From the NCBI RefSeq assembly GCF_000143415.4, contig NW_003314350.1:620001-684000 (forward strand): a DNA stretch of 64,000 nucleotides, written 5' to 3'. The stretch is from Selaginella moellendorffii (Eukaryota; Plantae; Lycopodiophyta). The notes under the pieces were generated by a model. The model saw only the letters and a program-made list of their open reading frames with translations. It did not search any database and was not told the DNA's origin. Both the position numbers and the translations under genes were made by a program. Shown one piece after another: positions 13,654 to 25,391 of this stretch; positions within the stretch are counted from its first letter, which is position 1, and every line of letters starts with the position of its first letter.

Positions 13654-15105
13654 ATGGGGAGCTCTAGAATGGTGTGGATGACTAGGAAAGTAGCCATTCT
13701 CGATCTGTACGCGTTTCCACTGGAGGTGCCGCTGGAAGACGCCGCTCTTCTCAACGATCTAAAGAAGAGGGTGAAGGAGCAGCACCGGCAATGGTTGTCG
13801 ATCGAGGCAAGCAAGGGAGAGGACTGGTATGTAGATAGATTCGCGAGAAATACTCCATTCCTGGACACCTTTGCCGCTTATGCCAAGTCCAAGCAGCTCA
13901 AAGGGATGATCCGAAAGGGAATTCCTCCAGCTCTTCGTCCAAAGGTGTGGCTGGCTTCTTCCGGCGCTGCAAAGAAGCGCTCCACAGCTCCCAGGAGTTA
14001 CTACAACGATCTCATCGAAGCCGTCGAGAATAGAGTCACTCCGGCGACTAGGCAAATCGATCAGGTAAGCTATAGTTTCTCGATTGACAACTCATTGTAG
14101 TTTTTTTCCAGGATCTCCCTCGAACTTTTCCGACACATCCATGGTTGGATTCCAAAGAAGGGCAGCAATCGCTGAGAAGAATTCTTGTTGCTTACTCGTT
14201 TCGTGACTCTCGAGTCGGATACTGCCAGGTAAGAGAACTTCATTGTCATCACATTGTCCAGTTCATAGCTAAAGTTTTGTGGTGATAGGGAATGAATTTC
14301 ATCACAGCGCTTCTTCTTCTAGTGATGAGGTCGGAAGAGGACGCCTTTTGGATGCTTGCTGTGTTGCTGGAGGACGTTCTCCACAGCGATACTTACTCAG
14401 ACAATCTCTATGGTTGTCATATCGAGCAAAGAGTTTTCAAGGACCTCATGAGGCAGAGAAGTCCGAGGTAAGAAACATTTTCGTCTTTACAAGAGATCGA
14501 TTTGGATCTGTTTCAGGCTGGCTGCCCACTTCCATGATATTGGATTTGACGTGTCGCTAGTCACCACCGAGTGGTTTCTTTGCTTGTTCTCCAAGAGTTT
14601 GCCTTCTGAGGTAAGTTTTGTCCGCTTCTTCAAAGAGAAGAAAATCAAATCGTGTTTGCAGACGACAATGAGAATTTGGGACGTTCTTTTCAATGAGGGA
14701 GCAAGCATCATCTTTACAGTGGCACTATCATTGTTTCAGGTAATCAGGAAAAAGCATTTAAACTTAAAGACGCTTTTGAACTGCAGACGCGAGAAGATCA
14801 CCTTCTATGTGCCAGAAATGTTGGTGAAGCTCTCAGAATTTTGCACGATGCAACCCCGAGGCTGTACAACCCCGATACAGTTCTTAAGGTGTTTGATGGC
14901 TGGCTTTTTTTGTTTCCTTCTGATCAATCCCATGGTAATAATTCAGGCTGCTTTCGAAGGACTGGGCATGATGACAAGCTACACCATTGCCAAGCACAGA
15001 GAGAAGCAAGGAGTGGTTGTTGCAGCCGAGCTACAACAAAAATTAAGACAATCCACAACAACTTGTGATATTGGCAGTAGATTGTGTGGTGCTACAGTTC
15101 TCTAG
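13654..15105 (+). CDS. TBC/RabGAP domain protein, multi-exon
   Basis: DLYAF, IRKGIPPALRPKVW, RQIDQDLPRTF, GYCQGMNF, TEWFLCLF and MRIWDVLFNEG across small introns. Confidence 0.9.
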
Positions 15106-15310
15106 AATTTAAGGATGATTGATCACTTGATCCAGTGTCAATCTTTTCCTTGGATCCAAAACAAGCATGCCCATAATAAGATTTCTCGCCTCTGGCGACA
15201 GATTGACAAGCCACTGGAACTCCAGGTTCGATCACTTGTAGCCTTTGAGAAGCTCGTATGCGATCACTCCAAGCCCCCAAATATCTACAGCCTTTGTGTA
15301 TGACAATCAA
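15057..15310 (-). pseudogene. 3' fragment of Ser/Thr kinase (array paralogue)
   Basis: Encodes ...AVDIWGLGVIAYELLKGY...LDPRKRLTLDQVINHP*, matching the array kinases. The 5' part is missing. Confidence 0.8.
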
Positions 15311-15799
15311 TGCCCTTACTGGGCATTTTACAACACTTGTTTTTTTAAATTCCCTAATTGATGATTAATAATATACATCTTTAAACCCTTTACTATATAT
15401 TTAAAGTATAAGATTGCAGTCGTTTTGTTCCAAGTCACAGTACACCTCCCCCATAAGATCACGTGCTGACGATTGTGTTGCCAAGGATCACATCAAGGAG
15501 CCCATTTTTGCGACTATCCTCTCGTGGGTCGATGCGATCACCCCCAAGACTCATTTCACACAAGCCTGTCTTTGAGTCCTTGGAGATGCTCCATCTCCCA
15601 CTTTTCCAACATAATCTAATGCAGTTTACCTCCCTAATGCTTGGCTCCCTCTAAATAAACTTTAATCTAATCTACCACTCAATCCTCTAATCCACCACCT
15701 TTCTCATCGCATCCCTCACATTCCATCCATATCTCATGGCTTCTTGCACAAGACCTTTGTCCTTGTCTAGCATCCTCTTCACCAAGTTACTCCTCTTTC

Positions 15800-17120
15800 A
15801 CACACCACTAGTTTGTTCTTCCTCTACGTTTTGCTCTCTCAGAATCACTTCCCGGACAAGGCCATGGAAGATCTTATCGTTCCAGAGTAAGGCGATGCTC
15901 GCAGTGCGGGAGCCGGCTAGAGTTCCAGTCCTATCACCGCAAATCCACAGACTCGCCATCGCCAGCTCTCATCCTACGAGCAAATCCACGCCCGGTGCTC
16001 TCGATTGATCCAAGATAACCCAGACGGCGATCACGGCGACTGCCAATTCGGGATCGCGCCATTTGGATCGCAGGGCCTGGGGAACAAGATTGCTTCCACT
16101 TTTCTCTATGCTCTGCTCATGAACAGAGTTTTTCTAGATTCGTCCGCAGAGAACATGGATCGATTGTTTTGCGAGCCATTCCCAAAGAGTTCCTGGCTCC
16201 TCCCCAGATCCCTGGAGAGCCGATTATTCACAGTCAACGATTCATCGCGCCCGGATCTAAAAATCACTTCTAAGCACTGTCACGATTTCGCGAGCTCGAT
16301 CAAGTTATCTGTCCGTGGACTACACTCCGGACGATCGAAAATTCTTCTGCAAGGAGCAGCAAAAACTCTTGCAATCGCAGGTAACTTGGCTGTTTCTCCG
16401 GTCAAATGTCTACTTTGTTCCGGGATTGTTTTTGGTCCTTCCGGAGTGATCTCGCGAAGCGCAGCAGGCGATCTTCCATCACTTGAGCCGCTATCTCTTT
16501 CATCTCATCGATCCGTTGTGGGATCGCACAGCGCACGACTCATATCTCGCGCTCGCCGATCGCGTAGTCTCTCCACTTGCAAGGAGTTCGTCAAAACCTG
16601 GCGGCGGAGGTGTTCCAGTGCGCAGTGGAGACGAAGATCCTCCCCAATATCAGCAAGAACAACTAGAGGATCATGCTGCGCTCCTCGATCAGCTCGCAGC
16701 AGCAGCAGATCAGTGACTTCGCTGGACGAGCACCACTTTGACGTGCTGCGGGAGATCTACCTCAACTCCTCCACCGCCGATGGATCGATCGTGAGAGTGG
16801 AGCAGCCAAGCCACGAGGGGCAGCAGCACACCAGATTTCTCGAGAAAGCTCTCGCAGAGATTTATTTTCTGGGGTTGCTGATCACGAGTCCTGGCACCAC
16901 TTTCGGCTACATTGGTCAGGGATTAGTCGGGTTGAGGCCTTGGCTTATGTGGGCTGGGCGTGACTCAGGTGGGGATGTTTGCTCCAAGGCAAGAACTATT
17001 GGATCCTTGCTTCGTTTCGTTTGGGGAGTCTAACTGCGATTGTGGAGATGTCAAGCTTGACAATTTGGAGCGGTGTCAAGATTGGCCTATAGCGCCTGGT
17101 GTTCAGCTCAAACCAACTTG
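15800..17120 (+). pseudogene. GT37 xyloglucan fucosyltransferase pseudogene
   Basis: Collinear with 26640-28169 but with many short deletions and frameshifts. Confidence 0.88.
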
Positions 17121-17429
17121 AATCTTATTCAGGACATGTAGAGAGTTTTATTGTGTCTTCTAGAATGTGGACCATTTTGGTATGAATTGTTTGATATGCA
17201 ACTGATTTCAAGGAAGTTATCTTTCTTTGATGTGGTTATGCCTCCATTCCACGAGCTTGGATGTTACAAAAAGGAATCCACAACTAAGATGTGTGAGGAT
17301 CAATTTATAGCAAGAAATGGCATAGCTTCTGTCAATATCATTCACATGATGGACGTTTTTTAATTTATCAGATTTACATGATAAGTGATTCTCCTCTTTT
17401 TGTTTCCATGGCTATGCAAGTTGTAATTC

Positions 17430-17595
17430 TAGTGGGATCAAACTCCTGGTGAAGTTTTCATGTATGAATGTCTTCCTTGGACTCAGCAGTGCCAAGCCTG
17501 CAAGAATGATCGCATTGATAACTTCTTCCAGGAGCCTGTCTCAAGCTAAGCTGATCCAAAGTCGGGTTTCTTTCAGCAGCCACCAAGGGACTTTA
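17430..17595 (+). pseudogene. PPR gene 5' fragment
   Basis: Matches the sequence at about 28530-28700 and is cut off by the gypsy relic. Confidence 0.7.
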
Positions 17596-17599
17596 CAAA

Positions 17600-20144
17600 C
17601 ATTATAAATGTGCTTCTCCCATGTCCCCTCCGAGTGGATCAAAACATCATCAATAAAGTCAATAGTCACCTCTGACATATCGCAAAGAACCTTATCCATC
17701 ATCCACTAAAAAATTGCTAGAGTATTGTTCAAACTAAATGGCATCACCAAGAACTTGTACATGTACGAAAAGTAGTCTTAAGAATATATTTTTTGGCCAT
17801 TGGTACTTGCTAATACCCAGAAGCAAGATCTAGTTTGGTGAACTAACGACTTCGCCCCAGACGATCCAAAAGATCAGCAGTGTGAGGAAGAGGGTACACA
17901 TATGGGATCGTCACTTCGTTTAATGGACGATAGTCGATGCAGAAATGAATACTCCCATAAGGCTTCGTCACAAGATGAGGTTCACATACCCAAGGACTCC
18001 GCGACTTCCAAATAACACTTTTCTCTAACATCTCCTTGACGTTTGCACGTAAAATCTTGATCTCCTTGAGTGAACGACGACGAATAGGAACCTTGATTGG
18101 ATGAGCATCCCCGGTTGGAATTGGATAGCATGTGGCAATCTTGGCCCTGGACGATAGGTCAAATTCAAAGAGATCAAAATACTCCTTCATGAGCCGATCA
18201 ACCACTGCAACACAAAGATTGTCGGAAGGATTAGAAAAGGGAAGAGTAGAACAAAATGGAAATATAGGAGGAAATAGTGGGGGAACAAAAATAATGCCAG
18301 TAGAGGTAGAAGTAGAGGGATGAAAAGGTATGAAAGTGAAAGGAATGGATGAAATATAAAGAAGTATGAGACAAAGGGGAGAAGCCTCAAAGTCACATTT
18401 AGTATGATTGCGCTGCAACCAATCTATACCAAGAATGAGGTTAAAAGCTTGACTTGACACCACCCGCAATGACTGCAACTCAAGTTCGAGATCACTCACA
18501 CACACAACCAGGTCTGCCTCATCCCATGCACATGCATATGTACGGCCATTGCCATAAAGAATGAAAACTGGTTCTGCCACACGACGCAAGTGTAGATGGC
18601 AATGTGTGGCAATAGGTCGAGCAATAGAAGATAAACTTGAACCTGTATCAACCAATATAGAGAGAATAATAGAAGACCTCTTGTTATAAAAACGAGCTTG
18701 GAAAGTAAACACTGAATGAACTGATGCTGAGTGAACCCTTTGATGATACTCCTGAAAGAAAGATGGAAGGGTCATTGACTTATTTACGCAAAGTCCCTCC
18801 GTTACTCGCACGACTCCTCATTTCCCGAAAGCATCTCGGTGTTCAAACCTTCCACTGTAGCAGCACCAACGGGACATTGCTGACGCCAAAGTCTCCAGCC
18901 AGGAAATGGAAGTCACTAATCCGGAAAATGCCGACAATATTAATAAGTATGACTAACTTCATCACATGCTTAGCAGCGAACATTATGGCCACAACCACGT
19001 CCTTGCCCTTGTCCTTGGACTCGAGCAGTAGCAACAGCATCAGCCTCTATTGGAACAAGACCATCACCCATAGGAAGTGGAGCTGAAGGACATGCAACAA
19101 GAAGTGGAAGAGGTGACATCTCATAATGTTGTGCCAAGCAAAGAGCATTGTCAAGGGTGGCGGGAGCAAATGTATACACAAGTTTAACAAGATCTTGACG
19201 AAGTGCTAGCTACAACATTCCTAACTTGATCCGCTCCGACATATCTGGCTTCGCACGAAGAAAAAGACTTCAGAAACGAATGCTAAATTGCATCATCGAC
19301 TCAGATGGCCCTTGGCGAAGACAATGCAATTGTTGGAAGGCATCATCACAGTTGTCAGCATGTTTGAAAGTGCATTTGAAGACATCCAGAAGAACACTCC
19401 AATCCCCACGAGTGGTTGCGCTCAAACCATTATACCACTACAATGCCGCCCTTAAAGACACGTGGGAAACTCACGCAAACGTCAAGTATCATCCCAAGAA
19501 TGATATATGGCAATCACCGTGAAATGATCGAACCAATAGTACACATCATCCCTAAGATTCCCACGAAAGAACTCCAGCCGAACGTGAGGATTGGTGCCAA
19601 GAGCAGGAAAAGTTGTACCCCGTGCCGTGAATGCCACTATCAATTAAGTTTGGTTGTTCAATTGCAAGCACATAGCATCAAGCAATTATACCAACTGTTG
19701 CTCCAAAGTCAAAAGAGGAGATTGTTGATTTGCCATGAAGACAAATGAAGAAAGAGCAAAAAAAAGAGAAATGACAAAAAGCTAGAAGGAAATGGTAAAC
19801 TTAAACAATGCAAAAAGCTAAATCTAAACCAAAATCCTAAAAAGAAAGAATAAAAGAAAGGAAATAAAAACAAACTAAATCTAGATGATGCAAAAGTTAG
19901 ATCTAAACCAAAATCCTAAATCCAAGCACTCTTTAGGGACAATTAAAGGTGCCCCTCACCTCCACCAATGTGAATGTATGGAATATAGAAAAAGAATACA
20001 GAAAATGTGCATATCAATTAGCCCAAAAACCTTAATTTATATATAAGAGCGAGTGGTCCGGATTGAAACCAATCTGACGGTTACCAAAATCCCACTACAC
20101 TAATATAAGTATATGACATCGTAGCTGTACACTTGGCCCTCACA
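17600..20144 (-). mobile_element. Degenerate Ty3/gypsy retrotransposon (gag, protease, partial RT) with one short LTR at 19969-20144
   Basis: ILVDTGSS protease motif, LILGIDWL, and the RT start FCIDYRPLNEVT...YPLP. A 176-bp TGTGA...TCACA segment is followed on the minus strand by TGGTGGAGGTGAGGGG, a tRNA-Ala-like PBS. Confidence 0.82.
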
Positions 20145-20252
20145 ATATGAAATTAATTGAAAGTTTTATAAATATTATAATATTTTTATAAAAATATTGT
20201 TTTAACAAAATACATAAATTTCATATATATTAGAGCTAATTAAGTATAAACC

Positions 20253-21136
20253 TATAAAAATATTTTTATTTTTATTTTTATATTTTCTATTTTTAATTAA
20301 AAAAATAGTTTATGGAAGAGCAACTGTAGAATGGGGTAATAATAACACACTTACTGAAAATTAAATTAACCTTATAATTAATAATGGATTTTTAGATATT
20401 TTAACCCACATTAAAAATTATCATTCATATTAAGAATTTAACTGTTTTAAATATTGGCAGTTTCAGTTTGACCAGTTGATCAATATGGTGGCTCTCCATC
20501 CACATCCTCAATTTTAATAGCAAATACACCCAAACAATTATTGGCGTGAGAATCAAAGAAGCTGTTAGGTACTTAATAAATACATATAATACTACAATGA
20601 TTGCAACAAAATCTGATGTATGAAAAATTATATCTCAAAATTATATTATTCAATATTCAGTAGTATTTTGGTGGAGACTAACCTTAATTAAAGTTAATAA
20701 TTTGTTTACATCTTATCTTTCATATGATAATTGTGATACTACCTTAACTACTTTAAATGCTGGTTTTTCAGACCATGTGTTATATATAGGCCAATTTTTG
20801 GTATCCCCAAATCGCAAAAATGTGTTATTAATAGAAATAAATTGTAAAGTTTCACTTTATTCAGGAAAAAATTTACTATGGAGATCTGATATCACATTTG
20901 ATTTTATTGGTCAATGTAAGCTTGATCTTCAAAAAGATGGGAATTTGGTATTATATACTGATAAGAAAATAAAAATGTGGTCAATTGATCATTATTGTTA
21001 TAATCAACCAGATTGTATATTTCTTACTTATCTTAGTTTATTAAATAATTGCAACTTAGTAATTTATGAGGCTAATAGTCCAAATGCTATTTGGTGGGAA
21101 ACAAAAACTACTAATCATTTCGGTTGTTTAAAATAA
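20253..21136 (+). pseudogene. Secreted B-type lectin-domain gene, pseudogene copy
   Basis: Paralogue of 40500-41393 with ATG changed to ATA, premature stops and an internal inversion of about 72 bp. Confidence 0.85.
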
Positions 21137-21845
21137 TACTTAAGATTTATATTAGTCATGTAAAACTTTATTAAGCGCAATTTAATTTACAATAGTTTAG
21201 TATCCAAATGAAAATTAGAGGGACCAAGAGTGAATTAAATTGCATGCAAGGTCTTTTCTCTTTTGTTGTGCTCTGAGTGGAATATTATATTCAGATCTAA
21301 TGCTTCCATCATTCCTTGCCATGTAAAACCATCCAACTTAAAATTTAATACTTCCATCATTTTTTGGCATGCAAAACCACCAAATCTTTATTAGAGTCAG
21401 TGAAAGGCATCAAAACCATAATTGAAACTTTTATTAAATGTTTTTGAAATTCTTTGTATAAGCTATTGTTGAATAGCTTTATTTAATTATAATTTATTTT
21501 TATTGAGCATGAAAAATATGATAAAATTCTAGCTATAATACGGTTAACCAAGGACAATATGGTAGGGAAAAATAAAAGATAAAAAATGTTTAAAATATAT
21601 GGTTATTATCTTGGTATGTTCTTCATGTCTCAATATTGTTTTTAATACGCAGAGTCCAAGTGACATGAGCCAGTTCATTGATACTACAAGCTTTAGCCAG
21701 TTTGCCTATGAAATTAGCTATATCACATCAACCTTAGAATGAGCTTCGTACCTGGAGAGCTGTCTACTCACACAAGGTAACAGTGCTTCATCTATATCTG
21801 TCTTCTCCCTTGAGTTCCTAATATGTGCAAGAATGCAAAATATAA

Positions 21846-22110
21846 ATGAGGGAGCAAGCATCATCTTTACAGTGGCACTATCATCGTTTTAGGTAATCAG
21901 GAAATAGAGAAGATCATCTTCTATGCACTTGTTGGTAAAGCTCTCCATGAGTCTTTACAACCCTAAGGTGTTTGATGGTTATTTTTTATTGTTTCCTTGT
22001 AACCCCGTGGTAATAATGTAGCTGCCTTTGAAGGACTGGGTTTAATGACAAGTTACACCATTAAAGATTGGTTGTTGCAGCTGAGCTACAATGAAACTCA
22101 AGACAATTTT
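21846..22110 (+). pseudogene. Duplicated RabGAP 3' exons
   Basis: Matches about 14692-15050 with deletions. Confidence 0.8.
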
Positions 22111-23064
22111 AAACACAGTTAAAACATATTTAACTTTAGATGAGCTTTGGTGTAGAAGTTTTCTAAGTTTCTTCACAGCTGGATGGCTAGAGTGTGGAGT
22201 GCTTCTCTTCCCTCCATAACAACTTGTGATATTGGCAGTAGCCCGTGTGGTGCTACAGTTCTCTAGAATCCAAGGATGATTGATCACTTGGTCTAGTGTC
22301 AATCTCTTCCTGGGATCCAAGTCCAGCATGCCCATAATCAGATTTTTCGCCTCTGGTGACAGATTGGCAGGCCACTGGAACTCCCCCTCGCGCAGCAAAT
22401 GCATCTCCAGGTTCGATCGCTGATAGCCCTTGAGGAGTTCGTATGCGATCACTCCAACATCCACCGCCTTCGTGTAAGACAGCCCATATCTCTCGACAAA
22501 GATAAGCTCGGGAGCCATGTACTTCTCAGTCCCGCAGCTCTGGCTCATCTCTCTGGCATCGTCGGTCGCCACTCCAAAATCCCCAATCACTGGCCTGATC
22601 GTGCTTTCATCTTGCAGCTTGGTGAAAACGTTCTCCAGCTTGAGATCGCGATGGACAACACCACTCGAGTGGACGCCCTTGAGTGTCTCAGCGAGCTCCT
22701 TAACGATCTCGGCTACCTCCTCCTCCCTCAGTGGCCCTTTCATCGCTAGATCGCGCAGGCTAGGGCCACAAAGTTCCATGACCATCGTCCCAAAGCAACG
22801 CCCGCCAACCTTCCTCTCCCTCCTCAGCCCATGGAGGAAGACAACTCCAGGAATGGGGCGAAGCTTGTCCAAGATCCTAGTCTCCCTCTCGGCACAACTC
22901 TCCAACTTAAACATCTTTCCTGCGTACCTATGGCGGTTGCGGGCTGCGTCACTCAGCAAGTAGACTTGGCCCTGTCCTCCATGCCCCAACTTCTCGTGTC
23001 TGATGTACCACTTGAGAAGCTCGCCACACTCGTCATCTCTAAACTCGCCATCCTCGAGCGCCAT
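22042..23064 (-). CDS. Intronless CAMK-like Ser/Thr kinase, copy 1, probably impaired
   Basis: GHGGQG, HRDLKLEN, DFG and APE are present. A 9-nt deletion removes WGL of subdomain IX (DVGVIAY versus DVWGLGVIAY) and the normal stop is lost. Confidence 0.75.
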   Translation of the reverse strand: MALEDGEFRDDECGELLKWYIRHEKLGHGGQGQVYLLSDAARNRHRYAGKMFKLESCAERETRILDKLRPIPGVVFLHGLRRERKVGGRCFGTMVMELCGPSLRDLAMKGPLREEEVAEIVKELAETLKGVHSSGVVHRDLKLENVFTKLQDESTIRPVIGDFGVATDDAREMSQSCGTEKYMAPELIFVERYGLSYTKAVDVGVIAYELLKGYQRSNLEMHLLREGEFQWPANLSPEAKNLIMGMLDLDPRKRLTLDQVINHPWILENCSTTRATANITSCYGGKRSTPHSSHPAVKKLRKLLHQSSSKVKYVLTVFKIVLSFIVAQLQQPIFNGVTCH

Positions 23065-23515
23065 CACGTCTTCCCCTTTTTCTCGCTTGGTTTTAAGAAA
23101 ATCTAGCTTCCCACAACAGGTTTAATGATCATAAAACTGACCATTTTAAAGGACCATTTTAAGATACAACGGCTAATATTTTTTATTAATTAGAATAATT
23201 TATATGGAATTAAAGGTGATCTCTATTTTGTAATTTTGCATTGTTTGATGCAGTCGGGGTTTTATGTGTACATGCAAACTAGCCAAGCACGGAAGCTTCA
23301 CGAGCAGAGTTATGACTATGCAGCATTGTTGGTCCCGACTGCATTTGGCTGAAATCCCAACCACTACCAAACGAAGAAGTTGATTTATATGCACAGTAAT
23401 ACTAGAGTGGTAAATAATTTTGAAAGTGAAAGAATGAAATTTCTAGAGATCGATCTCGACACAATTGCAATCGAACCACAATAGATAAAGATTGTAGAGA
23501 TGCAAATGTCGCAAA

Positions 23516-25391
23516 TGTGACTTCGGGTATCAAAAGTTACCTGTCGACTAGTCTTTTTGAATATTTTTTCCTTACTGCCACGTGTAAGTGACTAAATTTT
23601 CCGTTCTACTTTAGTCACTTAACCACACCTCTGACCACTTGGAGGAGTCTCATTCACAACCTCCATAAGTCCAATCCAGGACTTGGGACTTGCTAGCCCC
23701 GAGAATGGCATCCATGCCACTCAACATTTGCACTTGGTCCAAGTGCACCACGTGTCCGATCCCATGACCGACACTCAAAGGTACCACCGACATAGCAGCC
23801 CGTTACGCTAAGGCCATGCCCAATCACCTTTGCCACACTGGTAGTCCAATACCACTTGCATCACCGTCTTGGCTCTCCAAGACTAGGCAAACCATCCGTG
23901 AGTGGTCATCTCAGATCCACTCCTTAGCATCCTTAGGATGCCCACCGACAAGGGGAATAGCCTTCCCCAATATCCCTCTGTCAGTCCCCACTAAGTCCCT
24001 TTCTGCCCCTGGTCGTGTTTGCCAACACTGCCACTGGATCGAGACCCACAGGCCCGACCACTAAGTCCCACGGTCCTCTGGGACTTCCTCACCACACGAC
24101 TGTGTCCTTGGTCACTACCCCAGAGGACTGCTCCTCTTCCTTTCCACAGTCTGGGCCTTTGGGACAACATTTCGGAACACCGTGGCCTTACGCGAGCCAC
24201 CTGGGTACTCTCCTCACCTTCTGCCCTTGGGTGCTCTAGCCATGGGCTTAGAGCGGGTTCCGTTGAGCCACACCAGGTATCCAAGTAGGTAGTGCCACCC
24301 ACACTTGGACTGGGAGTATCGGCCAGTCAATCTCCCGGGGGAACTAGAGCCGGCTCTTGAACACTTCACCAAGCTACCCTGCTTGTCGGTTTGTGTTCAC
24401 TCTAGTCTTGGACTTCCCAGTGGGCAGCTCATCACCCAACACTGGGTCCGGCCTTCCTGGGCCAAACTGGCCTTTCCTGGCCAAACTGGCTCCACTGCAG
24501 TCCTCCCCCTACTATACTTTTGGAGCTCACCAAACCCCCTAGGGTCTGGGAGACGAACGCTTTGGGCTTTCACCCTCTCAGGCTCCGGACTCGGACTCGG
24601 ACTCGGACTCGGACTCGGACTCGGACTCGGACTCGGATTCGGACTCAGACTCGAGCTCGGGCTCGGTCTCGGCCTCGGCCTCGGTCTCGGTCTCGGTCCC
24701 GATCTCGGTCTCGGTCTCGGTCTCGGTCCCGGTCTCGGTCTCGACTTCGGACTCCATCTCGGACTCCATCTCAGACTCCATCTCGGACTCCATCTCGGAC
24801 TCCATCTCGGGTCTATCTCGGGTCCATTTCGGACTCCATCTCGGACTCCATCTCGGGTCCATCTCGGACTCCATCTCGGACTCCATTTCGGGTCCATCTC
24901 GGGTCCACCTCGGACTCCATCTCGGACTCCATCTCGGACTCCATCTCGGGTCCATCTCGGACTCCACTTCGGACTCTAACTCGGGTCCATCTCGGGTCCA
25001 CCTCGGACTCCACTTCGGACTCCATCTCGGACTCCATCTCGGGTCCGTCTCGGACTCCACTTCGGACTCCAACTCGGGTCCATCTCGGACTCCACTTCAG
25101 ACTCCAACTCGGGTTCATCTCGGACTCCACTTCGGACTCCAACTTGAGTCCATCTCGGACACTCCCACGTGTCATGTGTTGGTCCTTTTGGGTCCCTTTT
25201 TGGAGCCTCGCCTTTTGCTCGCTTCGTGCTCGTTCCTCGAGCACTTCGTTGGGAGTTCCACTCCCGCTTTTGACTTTTCAAGTCAGAGCTTTTGGTCCAA
25301 ACGTGTTACGCTCGTTTGGCTCTCGCTTCGGCCACTACCATGTGGCGCCCTTCCGGCTCCACTTTGGGGCCTAGGGATTTTGTGTCTCACA
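23516..25391 (-). mobile_element. LTR relic related to the gypsy LTRs at 55999 and 62390
   Basis: TGTGA...TCACA ends. Shares CCCTACTATACTTTTGG...ACGCTTTGGGCTTTCACCC and the GGACTC hexamer tract with those LTRs. No matching TSD. Confidence 0.65.
24585..25160. repeat. (GGACTC/GGTCTC) 6-mer and (GGACTCCATCTC) 12-mer tandem array within the LTR relic
   Basis: Directly visible. It produces low-complexity ORFs in several frames on both strands. Confidence 0.95.

Noticed and set aside
24585-25160. CRISPR-like array
   Set aside because: The context is eukaryotic and the repeats are contiguous with no unique spacers.
24305-25374. RS-, GL- and ES-rich ORFs (also 56781-57095 and 63170-63472)
   Set aside because: They are artefacts of stop-free hexamer repeats inside LTRs.
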